64,000 bases of DNA. Source: an uncultured Melioribacteraceae bacterium (GTDB lineage: Bacteria > Bacteroidota > Ignavibacteria > Ignavibacteriales > Melioribacteraceae). The notes below the pieces were generated by a model. It saw only the letters and a program-made list of their open reading frames with translations. It did no database searches and had not been told where the DNA came from. Position 1 is the stretch's first letter; each line of letters starts with the position of its first letter. The translations under genes were made by a program, and so were the position numbers. This document shows, piece by piece, positions 35,849-46,125 of the stretch. The stretch lies in NCBI GenBank assembly GCA_965370315.1, contig CBDUTO010000003.1, positions 13,527 to 77,526 on the forward strand, in the 5' to 3' direction.

Positions 35849-36766
35849 TTATTTTTCAACTTTATGAGTTTTGTTCATCCTAACACCAAATTTTTCGGAT
35901 GATATTGAAGGAAAGTCTTCAGCTGGAACATCATTTATTTTTACAATAAGCCAATCGTTCTTTTTGGCATAATCAGCAATACTTTCTTTTTGATCTGGTG
36001 CAATGTGTTCATCTGGATTAATAATCATCTTCAATCCCTTACTAAATTCAATCATCTCTTTATCCCCGCGACTGTTACCCGCAACAAGTAATGGAACATC
36101 TTGAACAAAAGATTCTATAGCCCATTTTTTTCCGTGATCTTGTGGAACAGGTTCAATTATTTCATCTGTAATTATTCCATCTTTTATAACTGATTTAATT
36201 CCTACAATGTGAGTGATTGGAATTTCGAGTGCTTTACTTAAAAATTGTTGATACATCCCTTCTGGTGAGGCAGTGATTATCCATATTTCGAAACCATTTT
36301 GTTTAAGAGTGGAAATCATATCTTTCATAGGTAAGTATATTTTATTTGAATAATATTTATTAAAATACTTTTCTCCCAGGTTTCTATAATCCTGCAAAGT
36401 CATTCCAGAAATATATTTAACTCTATTTTGTACATATGGTAACGAAACATTTGATTGCTTAACCATCTCTTGAAATATTTCTTGCTTTTGATCTGGGTGT
36501 TCAACTGCATAGCTATACATTGCTTCATCAGCAAGGTAATGTGGAGTTTGACCAAGCACAGTACCATCGCCATCGAATACAGCAATTTTTCTACCCGTTT
36601 CATTTTTAGTTTTTAACAGAAATTCTTTTAACTGTAAATTAGCTTCATCACTAAAACCAACGATAGGCTCAAATGTTTTTTCTGTGCTATTATTTTGGCA
36701 AGCAGAAAATCCAAAAATTATTAATAGGAAGAGAATTGTAATTTTAATTGGGATCTTGTTTTTCAT
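35849..36766 (-). CDS. Secreted lipoprotein of the HAD-superfamily phosphatase type (HAD-IB-like)
   Basis: 305 aa. Lipobox IFGFSAC. Motif I IAVFDGDGTV, motif II-like WIITAS, motif IV AGNSRGDKEM. Confidence 0.7.
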   Translation of the reverse strand: MKNKIPIKITILFLLIIFGFSACQNNSTEKTFEPIVGFSDEANLQLKEFLLKTKNETGRKIAVFDGDGTVLGQTPHYLADEAMYSYAVEHPDQKQEIFQEMVKQSNVSLPYVQNRVKYISGMTLQDYRNLGEKYFNKYYSNKIYLPMKDMISTLKQNGFEIWIITASPEGMYQQFLSKALEIPITHIVGIKSVIKDGIITDEIIEPVPQDHGKKWAIESFVQDVPLLVAGNSRGDKEMIEFSKGLKMIINPDEHIAPDQKESIADYAKKNDWLIVKINDVPAEDFPSISSEKFGVRMNKTHKVEK

Positions 36767-37641
36767 TTTTCACCTTTATTATTAATTTTATAAATATATA
36801 ATTCATGAATTTCTTTTGAATAACCAGGATAGAATCCTATTGGCATTCCATTTACAACTCGTGTACCTCTTTTAAAATGGACTATAAGATTTTCGTTCTT
36901 TTCATCGAAAGTCAATCCTTCTATTTCACCATTAAGTTTTACATCCTTAAAAGTCTTCACCAATGCTACTTTAGCAGTAGATTCATTAAGTAATAATGGA
37001 ATAGAATATAGATGGTCGGGTTCATCAAATTCAGCATCACCATCATCGGCAGTTAGATATAGATTATTTCTAAAAACTTTAACTCCTTGTTGCTTTTCAG
37101 GAACTGGATAAATGTGCAATTTGCCAAGATATTTACCAGTCACAAGATCATACTTATAGAGATACGATCCATTAATCCAGTCTGCCATCCAAACAATTGT
37201 ATTCTTAGTGTCAACAGTAATTCCACAAACTTCCTTCTGTCCAGATTCTTCATCCCATTTAAAGAATCTTTTAAACTTCAAAGTTTCAGCATCATAAATA
37301 ACGATCTGAATATTGAAAGCACTTCCATCATCAAAATATTCTGCGCCTGCGAATAGTTCACCATTGTAATAATCAATATCACCAAGGTGATTTGCCTTTA
37401 ATAATAAGTTATCAAACGGAGTGTTATTTACGGCAACAAGTTTGCCATCTTTTGAATGTTTGAATAAAGCTTTGCTACCACTTACGTAATAGTAATTGTT
37501 ATCGACTGCAACACCTTGTCTACCAGAAACTTCTATAGTATTTACTAATTCAAAGGATTGAGCAAAGCTGAAAGATGCACTTAAAATAAGACTTAAAAAG
37601 AACGCACAATATTTAACTATTCTATTATTAGTTATTAACAT
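36763..37641 (-). CDS. Secreted protein of unknown function, probably beta-propeller-like
   Basis: 292 aa with a signal peptide (SASFSFAQS). Repeated beta-strand-rich units. No catalytic motif recognised. 4-bp overlap with the HAD gene. Confidence 0.5.
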   Translation of the reverse strand: MLITNNRIVKYCAFFLSLILSASFSFAQSFELVNTIEVSGRQGVAVDNNYYYVSGSKALFKHSKDGKLVAVNNTPFDNLLLKANHLGDIDYYNGELFAGAEYFDDGSAFNIQIVIYDAETLKFKRFFKWDEESGQKEVCGITVDTKNTIVWMADWINGSYLYKYDLVTGKYLGKLHIYPVPEKQQGVKVFRNNLYLTADDGDAEFDEPDHLYSIPLLLNESTAKVALVKTFKDVKLNGEIEGLTFDEKNENLIVHFKRGTRVVNGMPIGFYPGYSKEIHELYIYKINNKGEK

Positions 37642-38287
37642 ATTCTTCTATTATTGATTTCCACACCAAATATCCCGCTCCATTTATATGTAAACCATCT
37701 TCCGAATATTTTGCATCCAGACGCTGTTTAGCATTAAGCATGTGAGAATTTATATCAATGTAGGGTACATTGTATTCTTCAGAGAGAGTTTTAATTTTAT
37801 CATTTAAATTATCTATTCGCAAATTTTCAGTCTTCGGAGTACCAATTTTATTATTCACAGGTAAACAGCTTTGAAGATATACTTTTGTCTTTGGAGATTC
37901 GGATAAAATTCTTTTTACTATTTTTCTATAGTTTGTAGTTATTGTATCTATTTGAATATCGTGCCGCAAATCATTTACCCCAATCATAATAAATATTTTA
38001 TCTGGTTTTGATTCTGTAACTTCAGTTAACCTATCCAGTACACCAGATGTCTTATCACCACTAAGTCCGCGGTTTCTTATTGCTGGATTCGAAAACAATT
38101 CAAACCACTCACACCGGTCAGTTATACTATCACCCAAAAATATTATTTCGTTTAGTTGATTTGGTAAAATAGAAAACATACTTGCTTTATGATTCCAATA
38201 CGGAGTATGCTGCGCCAATAGAGAGGAACTTAAAACTATAATAAGTAATAAAATAGTTTTAATTATATTTTGAGATAGACAAATCAT
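37628..38287 (-). CDS. SGNH/GDSL-family lipase or acylhydrolase (secreted)
   Basis: 219 aa. Block I IIFLGDSITD, block II GLSGD, block III MIGVNDL, block V DGLHINGAGY. Confidence 0.8.
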   Translation of the reverse strand: MICLSQNIIKTILLLIIVLSSSLLAQHTPYWNHKASMFSILPNQLNEIIFLGDSITDRCEWFELFSNPAIRNRGLSGDKTSGVLDRLTEVTESKPDKIFIMIGVNDLRHDIQIDTITTNYRKIVKRILSESPKTKVYLQSCLPVNNKIGTPKTENLRIDNLNDKIKTLSEEYNVPYIDINSHMLNAKQRLDAKYSEDGLHINGAGYLVWKSIIEEYVNN

Positions 38288-39093
38288 TATTTCACTTTAG
38301 CTAAAACATTATTTAAAACATCTGGATAGTTTGTAATAATAGCATCAACACCTAGTTCAATCATTCTTTTCATATCTTCTGGTTTATTTACAGTCCAAAC
38401 TGCTACTTCTTTACCATTTGCTTTTGCTTTTTTCATAAATTCGGCATCAACAATTTTATATTTTGTGCTAAGAATATCTACGTCGGCAGTAAATACATCA
38501 ACATCTATGGGAAGTTTGCCAAATATATAGCCAACCTTAGCTTGTTTATTTAATTCACGAATTTTATCAACCTCAGCAAATTTGAAAGATGTAAAAACAA
38601 CTTGGTCTAAAAAATTATTTGCTTCAATAATTTCAAGAGTTCGTTCCGCTAACATTTTCTCATGTTTATTAGTTTTAAGTTCAATGTTTATTTTCATCTT
38701 TCCTTTAACTAATTCTATTACCTCTAGTAATGTAGGCACTGGCTCGTCTTTATATTCTTCAGAAAACCAAGAACCAACATCAATACCTTTCAAGTCAGCA
38801 TATTTTGTTTCCCAAATATTTTTCTCAACTCCACCTGTTCTTTTAAGTGAACCATCGTGAAGAAGTATAATTTCACCATCAACAGTTTCCTGAACATCTA
38901 ACTCGCTCATTTCAGCATTCATTTCAATAGCTTTTTTCATTGACGACAAAGTGTTTTCAGGTGCATAGCCAGAAGCACCACGATGAGCTACAACCACAAC
39001 ATTTTTCTTTTTGGAAACCACATTTCTTTCCTCTTTTGAACAAGCTGTAATTGCAAATAATGTAATTAAAGCTAAAACTGCTATTCGTTTCAT
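38287..39093 (-). CDS. glpQ: Glycerophosphodiester phosphodiesterase lipoprotein
   Basis: VVAHRGASGYAPENTLSSMKKAIEMNAEMSELDVQETVDGEIILLHD is the HR...E.D GDPD signature. I chose the start at ATG 39093 (MKRIAVLALITLFAITAC lipobox, GAGG upstream). The longer track ORF would overlap the upstream gene. Confidence 0.85.
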   Translation of the reverse strand: MKRIAVLALITLFAITACSKEERNVVSKKKNVVVVAHRGASGYAPENTLSSMKKAIEMNAEMSELDVQETVDGEIILLHDGSLKRTGGVEKNIWETKYADLKGIDVGSWFSEEYKDEPVPTLLEVIELVKGKMKINIELKTNKHEKMLAERTLEIIEANNFLDQVVFTSFKFAEVDKIRELNKQAKVGYIFGKLPIDVDVFTADVDILSTKYKIVDAEFMKKAKANGKEVAVWTVNKPEDMKRMIELGVDAIITNYPDVLNNVLAKVK

Positions 39094-39107
39094 ATTAACC
39101 TCTAAGA

Positions 39108-40652
39108 TTATTTTATATTTAAAATTGAATTCCAAACATTTTCTGCTGCCCATATTCTATTAGGAACTGCAAAAGCTAATCGGGAATAAGGTAAACCCAT
39201 TTTATAAGAGAACAAATCAACACCTAATATATTTTCATATTTGGGGAGGTGAATTTCTTTTAATACTTCAAGATTAATAAATATTTCATGTCTTTCTTTT
39301 TCCAGTAATATTTGGGATTGAATCTTTTTATAAATCAAATAGTCTTTGTAACTACTTGAAATTTTATGCTGAACTTCACTAAATGGTACATTGCTTTGAA
39401 CATCTTTTTCGTATATTTTTTTTACATCTGCTGTATCTATAATAGTTTCGTCCGATAGACGTTGCAAATATCTATACATAATTATTTGATTTTTCCACAG
39501 GGCTATTTCTTCTTTAATTAGTTTGTCATTTTCGTAACCAAGTCTAAGCCCTTCCCTTTCCATAAAAACATCTCTTAAACGAAGACCAATTTTATTCTTT
39601 AGACTATTCGCAAAATCATTAATTGAAGTTGTTGGAAAGCTAACTGGGTAATAAGAAAGATGATAAAGGATATCTGCAACCGTTAAGAAGCCCCCATTAT
39701 AAGCAACTAATTTCTCATCTAATAATTCTTTACTGAGTTTGTAATTTTTTACTTTAAAGAACTCTTGATTTTGTTGAAGATCTATGTCATTAGATTTACT
39801 ATTATTCCTATAAATAGGATAAGTAACATTAACTAATTTTTGAAATGTTTTTCCATTAACGACAATACCCATTGGATCAAGAAATTCTTTGAGATAAGCT
39901 TTTGACTCAGAATACATTTTTTTATTATATAGAGTCTTTTTATATGTAGGGGAAAGTTTTAGAATATCAGATTCTGATAAGATAGTAGTTCGAATATCAA
40001 CGATCTTAAGTATAAAATATCCAGTGTTGGTTTTCACTACTTCTGATAATTTATTTGGAGTTAGATTGAATATTATGTCGTTAATTTCTTTGTCAACTTC
40101 TCCATAATTAATAAAACCTGTTTCACCAGCATCAGTTGATAACCCTAGTTTAAGTAACTTCTTTTCTTGTAACTCATCAAAACTAAGACCACGACTAAGC
40201 TCTTTTCTAAGCTCAACTGCCTCATTGAAATCTTTTGAATAAATATACTTTACTTTTACTTGACGCTTTCCTTTTAATATTTCAGATCTAATCTCTTCAT
40301 TGGTAATTACAATTTTATTATCAATCTCTTCTTTAAACATTTTTTCAACTATCAATTCCTGCCGGAATAATCGTAATGTTTTACTTAAAGAAGAGTCCTT
40401 ACCAAACCCTTGAGAAGTTAGATATTGAGATATTAGATATTCATTTTTTATTGCATTTAAATATGAGACTGCTGGTTCATTACCAAATTTCAAGATAAAT
40501 GGTGCAACGTTATAGCTTGCCTTAAAACTCTCTTTTGACAATTTAAATTCTTCAATCTGAAGAATAAATTTATCATTGTTATTAGTACAACTACTTAGAA
40601 GTAATAAAGCAAAAATACTTGGAATAATGATGTTATTAATTTTTCTAATCAT
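39108..40652 (-). CDS. SurA/PpiD-like parvulin-type peptidyl-prolyl isomerase lipoprotein
   Basis: 514 aa. Lipobox LLLSSC. Central parvulin-like segment ...DAGETGFINYGEVDKEINDIIFNLTPNKLSEVVKTNTGYFILKIVD, flanked by helical chaperone-like regions. Confidence 0.6.
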   Translation of the reverse strand: MIRKINNIIIPSIFALLLLSSCTNNNDKFILQIEEFKLSKESFKASYNVAPFILKFGNEPAVSYLNAIKNEYLISQYLTSQGFGKDSSLSKTLRLFRQELIVEKMFKEEIDNKIVITNEEIRSEILKGKRQVKVKYIYSKDFNEAVELRKELSRGLSFDELQEKKLLKLGLSTDAGETGFINYGEVDKEINDIIFNLTPNKLSEVVKTNTGYFILKIVDIRTTILSESDILKLSPTYKKTLYNKKMYSESKAYLKEFLDPMGIVVNGKTFQKLVNVTYPIYRNNSKSNDIDLQQNQEFFKVKNYKLSKELLDEKLVAYNGGFLTVADILYHLSYYPVSFPTTSINDFANSLKNKIGLRLRDVFMEREGLRLGYENDKLIKEEIALWKNQIIMYRYLQRLSDETIIDTADVKKIYEKDVQSNVPFSEVQHKISSSYKDYLIYKKIQSQILLEKERHEIFINLEVLKEIHLPKYENILGVDLFSYKMGLPYSRLAFAVPNRIWAAENVWNSILNIK

Positions 40653-40675
40653 TGTATTCTATTATAATAATTTCA

Positions 40676-42655
40676 CTATTTTAAAATTAATACTTTATGG
40701 GAGTAGATTTCATTTCCCGAAATTAATTGTAACAAGTATATACCAGAAGCTACACCATTTGCATCCCAACTATAGTGTTGTTTGCCACTTCTACTAGCAA
40801 TTGATTTCCAAATTTTTAGTGTTTCGCCGAGTAGATTAACAATTCGTAGTTCTGATTTTGTATTGCTTTTAATATTAAACTCTATATTTACCATACTATT
40901 TGTTGGATTTGGATATGAGGTTAATAATACTTTAGGTTTTGATTCAATATTACTTCTACCCAAATCATCTTCAACCGAAACGATATCTCCAAATAATGTT
41001 TCATGACTTATCTTAAAGATAAATGGATAAAATGTAGACCAAGGAGATGAACTTCTTTTTTGAAAATATTTTGATCCAGATTCTGATTGTGTGTATAAAT
41101 TATTATCCTCATCAAAAGTTAGATCTTCTCCCCCTGCTGGAAATTTAAATATTCTGTCTGGTATTGGAACATGAGTTGAGCTAAGTTCTGAAAGTGGAAC
41201 TCGATATATACTAGACTGCCCATCGCCTGAACTCAGGCTAATCATCAAATAATTTATGCCCTCAACATTTATCCAAGTTGCTCCTTGAGTTTTATGGGGG
41301 ATCATATATTTTTTAGGTGATACAGTGTTATTTACAGAGCCATCTTCATTTAATGGATATCCTTTTAAATAGCCATTTCCACTTGTTACATAATCGCCGA
41401 CCCAAATTGAATCATTAAAATAGGTGACATAAGAAGCTATAGAGGCAACTCCGTATATATTATTACTAGTTGTTAAGTTTACATATTTACTATTTGTAAT
41501 TGCTGAATCATATTCTGGAATATTATAAATTTCAATCTTACTACTTGAAGCAACATAAACTTTATTATTAAAAAACGCTAAACCACCATTATGCCCATAT
41601 TTAAGTTCACTGCCAAGTTGAAAACACCTTCTGATTTTATAATTATTACTTGGGTCTAACTCTACAATAATTGATCTTTTTCTTCTAGTTAATCCGTCCA
41701 CAGTTTTGTTATACAAAGAACTATAAAGCATAGGGGAAGAATAATAATTTTCCTTGTCTTCATATGAATTAGTCAGACCTTGTGGAATAAAGTCATCATC
41801 CATATAGGGTACAAATGCACTTTCCATAATTTGAGTATCACTGTGTGAAATAATCTGATCAACTTCTTGGTTTATTGTTCCAATATTGTAATTATGATAA
41901 GTCGGAATTCCAAAATACTCTGAACCATCAAATGGAACATTTGTATTCAAATATTCTACTTGAGGAATATAACTTTTAAAGTTTATGGCTGATAATACTC
42001 CATTAAAATTTTGTAATTCTAGTTTATATATCGATCTACCTACCATCACTTGTGAATTGACAATTGCAAATCCAACATCTGAATCTAGAGTAAATGTCTG
42101 TGATATATCAAGATTACTATTAATATAAAATTCCAATGTTACAACTTCCCCAAGAACATTTAGTGTCCAAAGAATATGATTCCACTCATTTAATTCAATA
42201 TTCTTATTTGACGTTAAAACAACAGTTGTATCATAAAATCTTCTTTCAAGTTTTAATTTACTTTCAGACAAATATAAATCAATTCCGTGTTTTTGAGTTG
42301 AATCATTCCACGAAAACAGAGAGCCATTTTTAGAAATAGTTTTAAACCATACTTCTCCAGATAATTTGTGATCTCCGGCAAAAGAGACTCTTACTTTTTC
42401 TGTGCTTTCAATAAATGAATTGGCACTATCAAAAATTGAATAGATTGGAGCATAATATCCCCAGCCATTAGTATTGCGAGATGTTGCTTCATCAGAATCA
42501 ATATATTGTTCAAATGAAATGTTATTAGCTGTTATTGATGAAGATATGTTTTGGGAAAAATCGTGATTAGCATTGAACCGAAATAAAAGCGAATTTGATT
42601 GTGCATAAATACTGGTGCTGAGAAACAATAAGAGAATAATACTATTGTAGAACAT
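40676..42655 (-). CDS. Secreted protein with LamG-like domain, unknown C-terminal body and T9SS-type sorting domain
   Basis: 659 aa with a signal peptide. LamG-like (GEVWFKTISKNGSLFSW...WNHILWTLN...LEFYINSNL). C-terminal SYPNPTNSMVNIEF...GIYLLQLISGNEIYSHKVLILK. Confidence 0.65.
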   Translation of the reverse strand: MFYNSIILLLFLSTSIYAQSNSLLFRFNANHDFSQNISSSITANNISFEQYIDSDEATSRNTNGWGYYAPIYSIFDSANSFIESTEKVRVSFAGDHKLSGEVWFKTISKNGSLFSWNDSTQKHGIDLYLSESKLKLERRFYDTTVVLTSNKNIELNEWNHILWTLNVLGEVVTLEFYINSNLDISQTFTLDSDVGFAIVNSQVMVGRSIYKLELQNFNGVLSAINFKSYIPQVEYLNTNVPFDGSEYFGIPTYHNYNIGTINQEVDQIISHSDTQIMESAFVPYMDDDFIPQGLTNSYEDKENYYSSPMLYSSLYNKTVDGLTRRKRSIIVELDPSNNYKIRRCFQLGSELKYGHNGGLAFFNNKVYVASSSKIEIYNIPEYDSAITNSKYVNLTTSNNIYGVASIASYVTYFNDSIWVGDYVTSGNGYLKGYPLNEDGSVNNTVSPKKYMIPHKTQGATWINVEGINYLMISLSSGDGQSSIYRVPLSELSSTHVPIPDRIFKFPAGGEDLTFDEDNNLYTQSESGSKYFQKRSSSPWSTFYPFIFKISHETLFGDIVSVEDDLGRSNIESKPKVLLTSYPNPTNSMVNIEFNIKSNTKSELRIVNLLGETLKIWKSIASRSGKQHYSWDANGVASGIYLLQLISGNEIYSHKVLILK

Positions 42656-42689
42656 TTTTTATCCATTTTGCTTTAACATGTTTTTGAAA

Positions 42690-42716
42690 TCAGCAGGCCT
42701 AATTGAGACCTGCTGA
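42690..42716 (-). terminator. Possible intrinsic terminator after the lamin-tail-domain gene
   Basis: 8-bp perfect stem tcagcagg/cctgctga with an 11-nt loop. On the minus strand it is followed by TTTCAAAAA, a weak T tract. Confidence 0.35.
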
Positions 42717-42727
42717 AATAATATATC

Positions 42728-45316
42728 TTATTTTAATAACATCATTTTTTTAGCCTGATTAAATCCGTTACTAACTACTTGGTAGAAATAAATTCCAGAT
42801 GAAACTTTACTACCATTATTGCTTATTCCATTCCATGTAAACTGATGGTACCCAGCAGTCAAATTATTATTCACAATAGTAGATACCAATTCTCCATGAA
42901 TATTATAGACTCTTAAACTAACATGCTGAGTAACTGGGATAGCTACTTTTATAACTGTTGAAGGATTAAAAGGATTTGGATAGTTATTATAAAGATTAAA
43001 CTCAGTAGGGAGTTGAGAATTAAATTCATCAACAGAAACAACTAAATCATCTTTTCCATCAATTGTTTGTCCAGGAGTCCAGCTAACTGAATCAATAATT
43101 GAAATCATTTCAACAAAAGGGTCTCCAACACTAATATCACCATCAGGATTTCTTGTTAATGAGTTATTAGCATTCCCTGCCTGGGATGTTTCAACTCTTA
43201 ACTCAAAGTCAATTCCATCAACAACAGAAGAAGTTGGGCCTCCAATATTATTTTTACTGCCATAACCCATATACATATCATAAGATCCGTCTGGAGAAAT
43301 TAACAATGCAAAATCACCACCATTTGCGAGTCCATTACCAACTCCAATACTATCAGAAATAAATACTCTAGTCAATAATAAATCCGAATCGTATCCGGGA
43401 ACATTAGAAATATCGCCACCACCAAAAATAACGACAAAGCTTTTAGGTTCTACGATATATCCATCAGGAAAAGTAAAACTTAAATCTTCATCATCACCAA
43501 GTTTATAACCAGTTAAATCAAAAGGCTCATCCGAAATATTTACTAATTCTACAAATTCATCACCGCTAGACTCTCGTACTCCATCACCGTTTGCGTCACC
43601 ATTGATCGGGTCACCTGCAGGATCTGCTAATATTTCATTGTAAATCAATTTTGGAGTTACTTGAAACTGCTCAATAAATTTCACAGTGAGTTCAACATTA
43701 TTATTAATCAAGATTCCGTATGGATTTCCAACACTCTTATCCCCATCAATGAACCATCCATCTAATACCCAACCATCCGCTGGTACTGCTGTAAAGTTCA
43801 CTGTTGTTCCAACTGGATATGCATCCATAGTTGTATCTTGAAGCGCTTCTCCAGCACCTTCAATAGTTACATCTAAGCTAAAATCAATTGCTTCATTCCC
43901 ATCAACTGTTCTATTAGCAGAATGAAAACGAGCACTATCAGTTACCGTTAATATTTGATTGTACCAATCATCTCCTTCCATTACTCCATCAGGGTTCATA
44001 GTAACTGAGTTGTTTTTACTTGAGGCAGCTGCAGTCTCAGTTCTAAAAATCCAATTAACATCCGAAATATCCCCATCTAAAGTTGGCCCTTCACCCCCAA
44101 ATTTACTTCCATAACCTAAATACATATCATGACTTCCATCTGGAGACAACATAACAATGTAGTCACCACCATTTGCAAGACCATTACCAACACTATCACC
44201 AGGAGCAAAGACTCTTGTTTCCAATAAATCAGAGCTATAACCAGGTACATTTGATACATCTCCGCCACCAAATAATGTGACAAATTCATATGGCTTAATT
44301 ATGTAACCATCTGGGAATTGAAAATTAACTATTTCGTCATCGCCTAATCTCCAACCAGTTAAATCAATGTCTCTTCCACTTACATTTAACAATTCAACAT
44401 ATTCATCTTCTTGTGCGTCTCTAACGCCGTCACCATTTGCATCACCAAATTCTACAGATGCTTCAGGGTCTGCTAAATATTCATTAATTACTATTAACAT
44501 ATCTCTTTCTACATCAACCCAATCAGGAGCATTATTACCAGCAACAAGTGTATCACCTAAGATACCATCAAATCCATTTCCTGTTGCATCTGTGGCAACC
44601 AAGCCAGTACCATCATCAAAATGCCATAGTGCAAGTGTATATTGGTCAGACTGATGGGGAGAAGATTGTGGAGAAAAATTTTCTGTATATCTAGGAGTCA
44701 TCGATATTCTTACTTCATCAATTGTACCTCGGAATGTTTCAAAACGTGTATCGAGTAAATTTATTGAGCCTGATCCAATTGCTATTGCTTGGGTACCTCC
44801 ATGAACTGGTGGACAAGGTGCGGTTACATCATGTTGCACACCATCAATAAATACTCTCATACTATCATCAACATCCCAAACAAAAGCAACATGGTACCAA
44901 CGATCTTCCCAGACTGTTATATCAGGAACAACATCCGTTGTTGCTACACCATCTTGAATGAAATTCTGTAATACACCTTTTCCTCTACCCCAAGATATTC
45001 CCATATCTCCTTCATTATTACCCGAAATATTTTTGCAGAAAAGGTACGTATAATCAGGATCGTGTGTATCTGCTTGTAGAACTGAATCAGGTTTAAACCA
45101 CATTTCAACTGTTCCTTTGTTAACAACAAAAGGCCAATATTGTGCTGCTTGAGGTACAATAACACGGTCGTGATTCCACCATTTGTAATGGAGTGCTTTA
45201 CCCCATTGTGCTTGCATTGCAAGAGGTGCCATGACAAAAAACATAATTGTCAAAATTGCTCTTAATGTTTTGTAACTTTTAGACATAGATACTCCTGTTA
45301 TTTTTAAGTAAATCAT
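42728..45316 (-). CDS. Secreted LamG plus two lamin-tail-domain (LTD) protein with T9SS sorting domain
   Basis: 862 aa. The likely true start is ATG 45286 (MSKSYKTLRAILTIMFFVMAPLAMQAQ). LamG (TVEMWFKPDS...WYHVAFVWD...VFIDG...GTIDEVRI). Two LTD modules (INEYLADPE..GDANGDGVRDAQEDEYVELLNVSGRDIDLTGWRLGDDE and YNEILADPAGD..GDANGDGVRESSGDEFVELVNISDEPFDLTGYKLGDDE). C-terminal NNYPNPFNPSTVIKV...GIYFYQVV. Confidence 0.8.
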   Translation of the reverse strand: MIYLKITGVSMSKSYKTLRAILTIMFFVMAPLAMQAQWGKALHYKWWNHDRVIVPQAAQYWPFVVNKGTVEMWFKPDSVLQADTHDPDYTYLFCKNISGNNEGDMGISWGRGKGVLQNFIQDGVATTDVVPDITVWEDRWYHVAFVWDVDDSMRVFIDGVQHDVTAPCPPVHGGTQAIAIGSGSINLLDTRFETFRGTIDEVRISMTPRYTENFSPQSSPHQSDQYTLALWHFDDGTGLVATDATGNGFDGILGDTLVAGNNAPDWVDVERDMLIVINEYLADPEASVEFGDANGDGVRDAQEDEYVELLNVSGRDIDLTGWRLGDDEIVNFQFPDGYIIKPYEFVTLFGGGDVSNVPGYSSDLLETRVFAPGDSVGNGLANGGDYIVMLSPDGSHDMYLGYGSKFGGEGPTLDGDISDVNWIFRTETAAASSKNNSVTMNPDGVMEGDDWYNQILTVTDSARFHSANRTVDGNEAIDFSLDVTIEGAGEALQDTTMDAYPVGTTVNFTAVPADGWVLDGWFIDGDKSVGNPYGILINNNVELTVKFIEQFQVTPKLIYNEILADPAGDPINGDANGDGVRESSGDEFVELVNISDEPFDLTGYKLGDDEDLSFTFPDGYIVEPKSFVVIFGGGDISNVPGYDSDLLLTRVFISDSIGVGNGLANGGDFALLISPDGSYDMYMGYGSKNNIGGPTSSVVDGIDFELRVETSQAGNANNSLTRNPDGDISVGDPFVEMISIIDSVSWTPGQTIDGKDDLVVSVDEFNSQLPTEFNLYNNYPNPFNPSTVIKVAIPVTQHVSLRVYNIHGELVSTIVNNNLTAGYHQFTWNGISNNGSKVSSGIYFYQVVSNGFNQAKKMMLLK

Positions 45317-45342
45317 TGATATAATAATTATTCAGAATAAAT

Positions 45343-46125
45343 TTATATTTTATTATAATTTAATTGTAGTGCAAAAAGATTGCTACTCTCTTCATAGGCT
45401 TTCGTTTGAATAGTAAATTTTAATTTATCGGCTCTATAAGAATCTTTGGTATATTCAAATGGTGTTCCGTCTTTTAGAAGAATTAGCCTCGTCATTAGTA
45501 ATAGAGGGGCACCAATATTAATATTTAGCAATTCACTTTCATTTGGAGTAGCAATTGCCGCTTCAATATCTTGGATAGCATTCCCGAGTCTATAAGTTGT
45601 ATGTTGATAAAGTAGATCATATATGGATTCCTTTTCCAAGTCATAATCCAAAAGAGGTTTAAATATTTCGTGTGAATAATAGGACTTCTCTATTATCATT
45701 GGCATATCATTGCCATAGCGAAGACGAATAATTCGAACTACCATTGCATCATCTTTTAACTTCATATGTTTTTTAACTACTGAGTTAGGCTTCTTGATGT
45801 TAATCTCTACAATTCTTCCGGAAGCGGATTTACCATTTTTTTTCATTACTTCAGTGAAGCCCATTAATTGATTTACATCTTGAGCTATCTTATTAGTAGT
45901 AATAAAAGTTCCACGTCCTCGCTCAGAAACAATTAATCCTTGTTGCATCAACGATTTTAATGCTTCCCTAATAGTTCCTCTACTTACTTTATAATAATCA
46001 CAAAGTTCTGTTTCGCTTGGTAGTTTATCACCATTACTGTAAATACCTTCTTCTATTTTATTATAGATATCCTGAAATATTTGAAAGTATCTTGGAATCA
46101 TATTTTTAGCATGAGGTAATAGCAT
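45343..46125 (-). CDS. GntR-family (HutC-type, UTRA effector domain) transcriptional regulator
   Basis: 260 aa. wHTH LPSETELCDYYKVSRGTIREALKSLMQQGLIVSERGRGTFI, followed by a ~150-aa UTRA-like domain. An alternative start at 46101 avoids overlap with glpD. Confidence 0.85.
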   Translation of the reverse strand: MLLPHAKNMIPRYFQIFQDIYNKIEEGIYSNGDKLPSETELCDYYKVSRGTIREALKSLMQQGLIVSERGRGTFITTNKIAQDVNQLMGFTEVMKKNGKSASGRIVEINIKKPNSVVKKHMKLKDDAMVVRIIRLRYGNDMPMIIEKSYYSHEIFKPLLDYDLEKESIYDLLYQHTTYRLGNAIQDIEAAIATPNESELLNINIGAPLLLMTRLILLKDGTPFEYTKDSYRADKLKFTIQTKAYEESSNLFALQLNYNKI

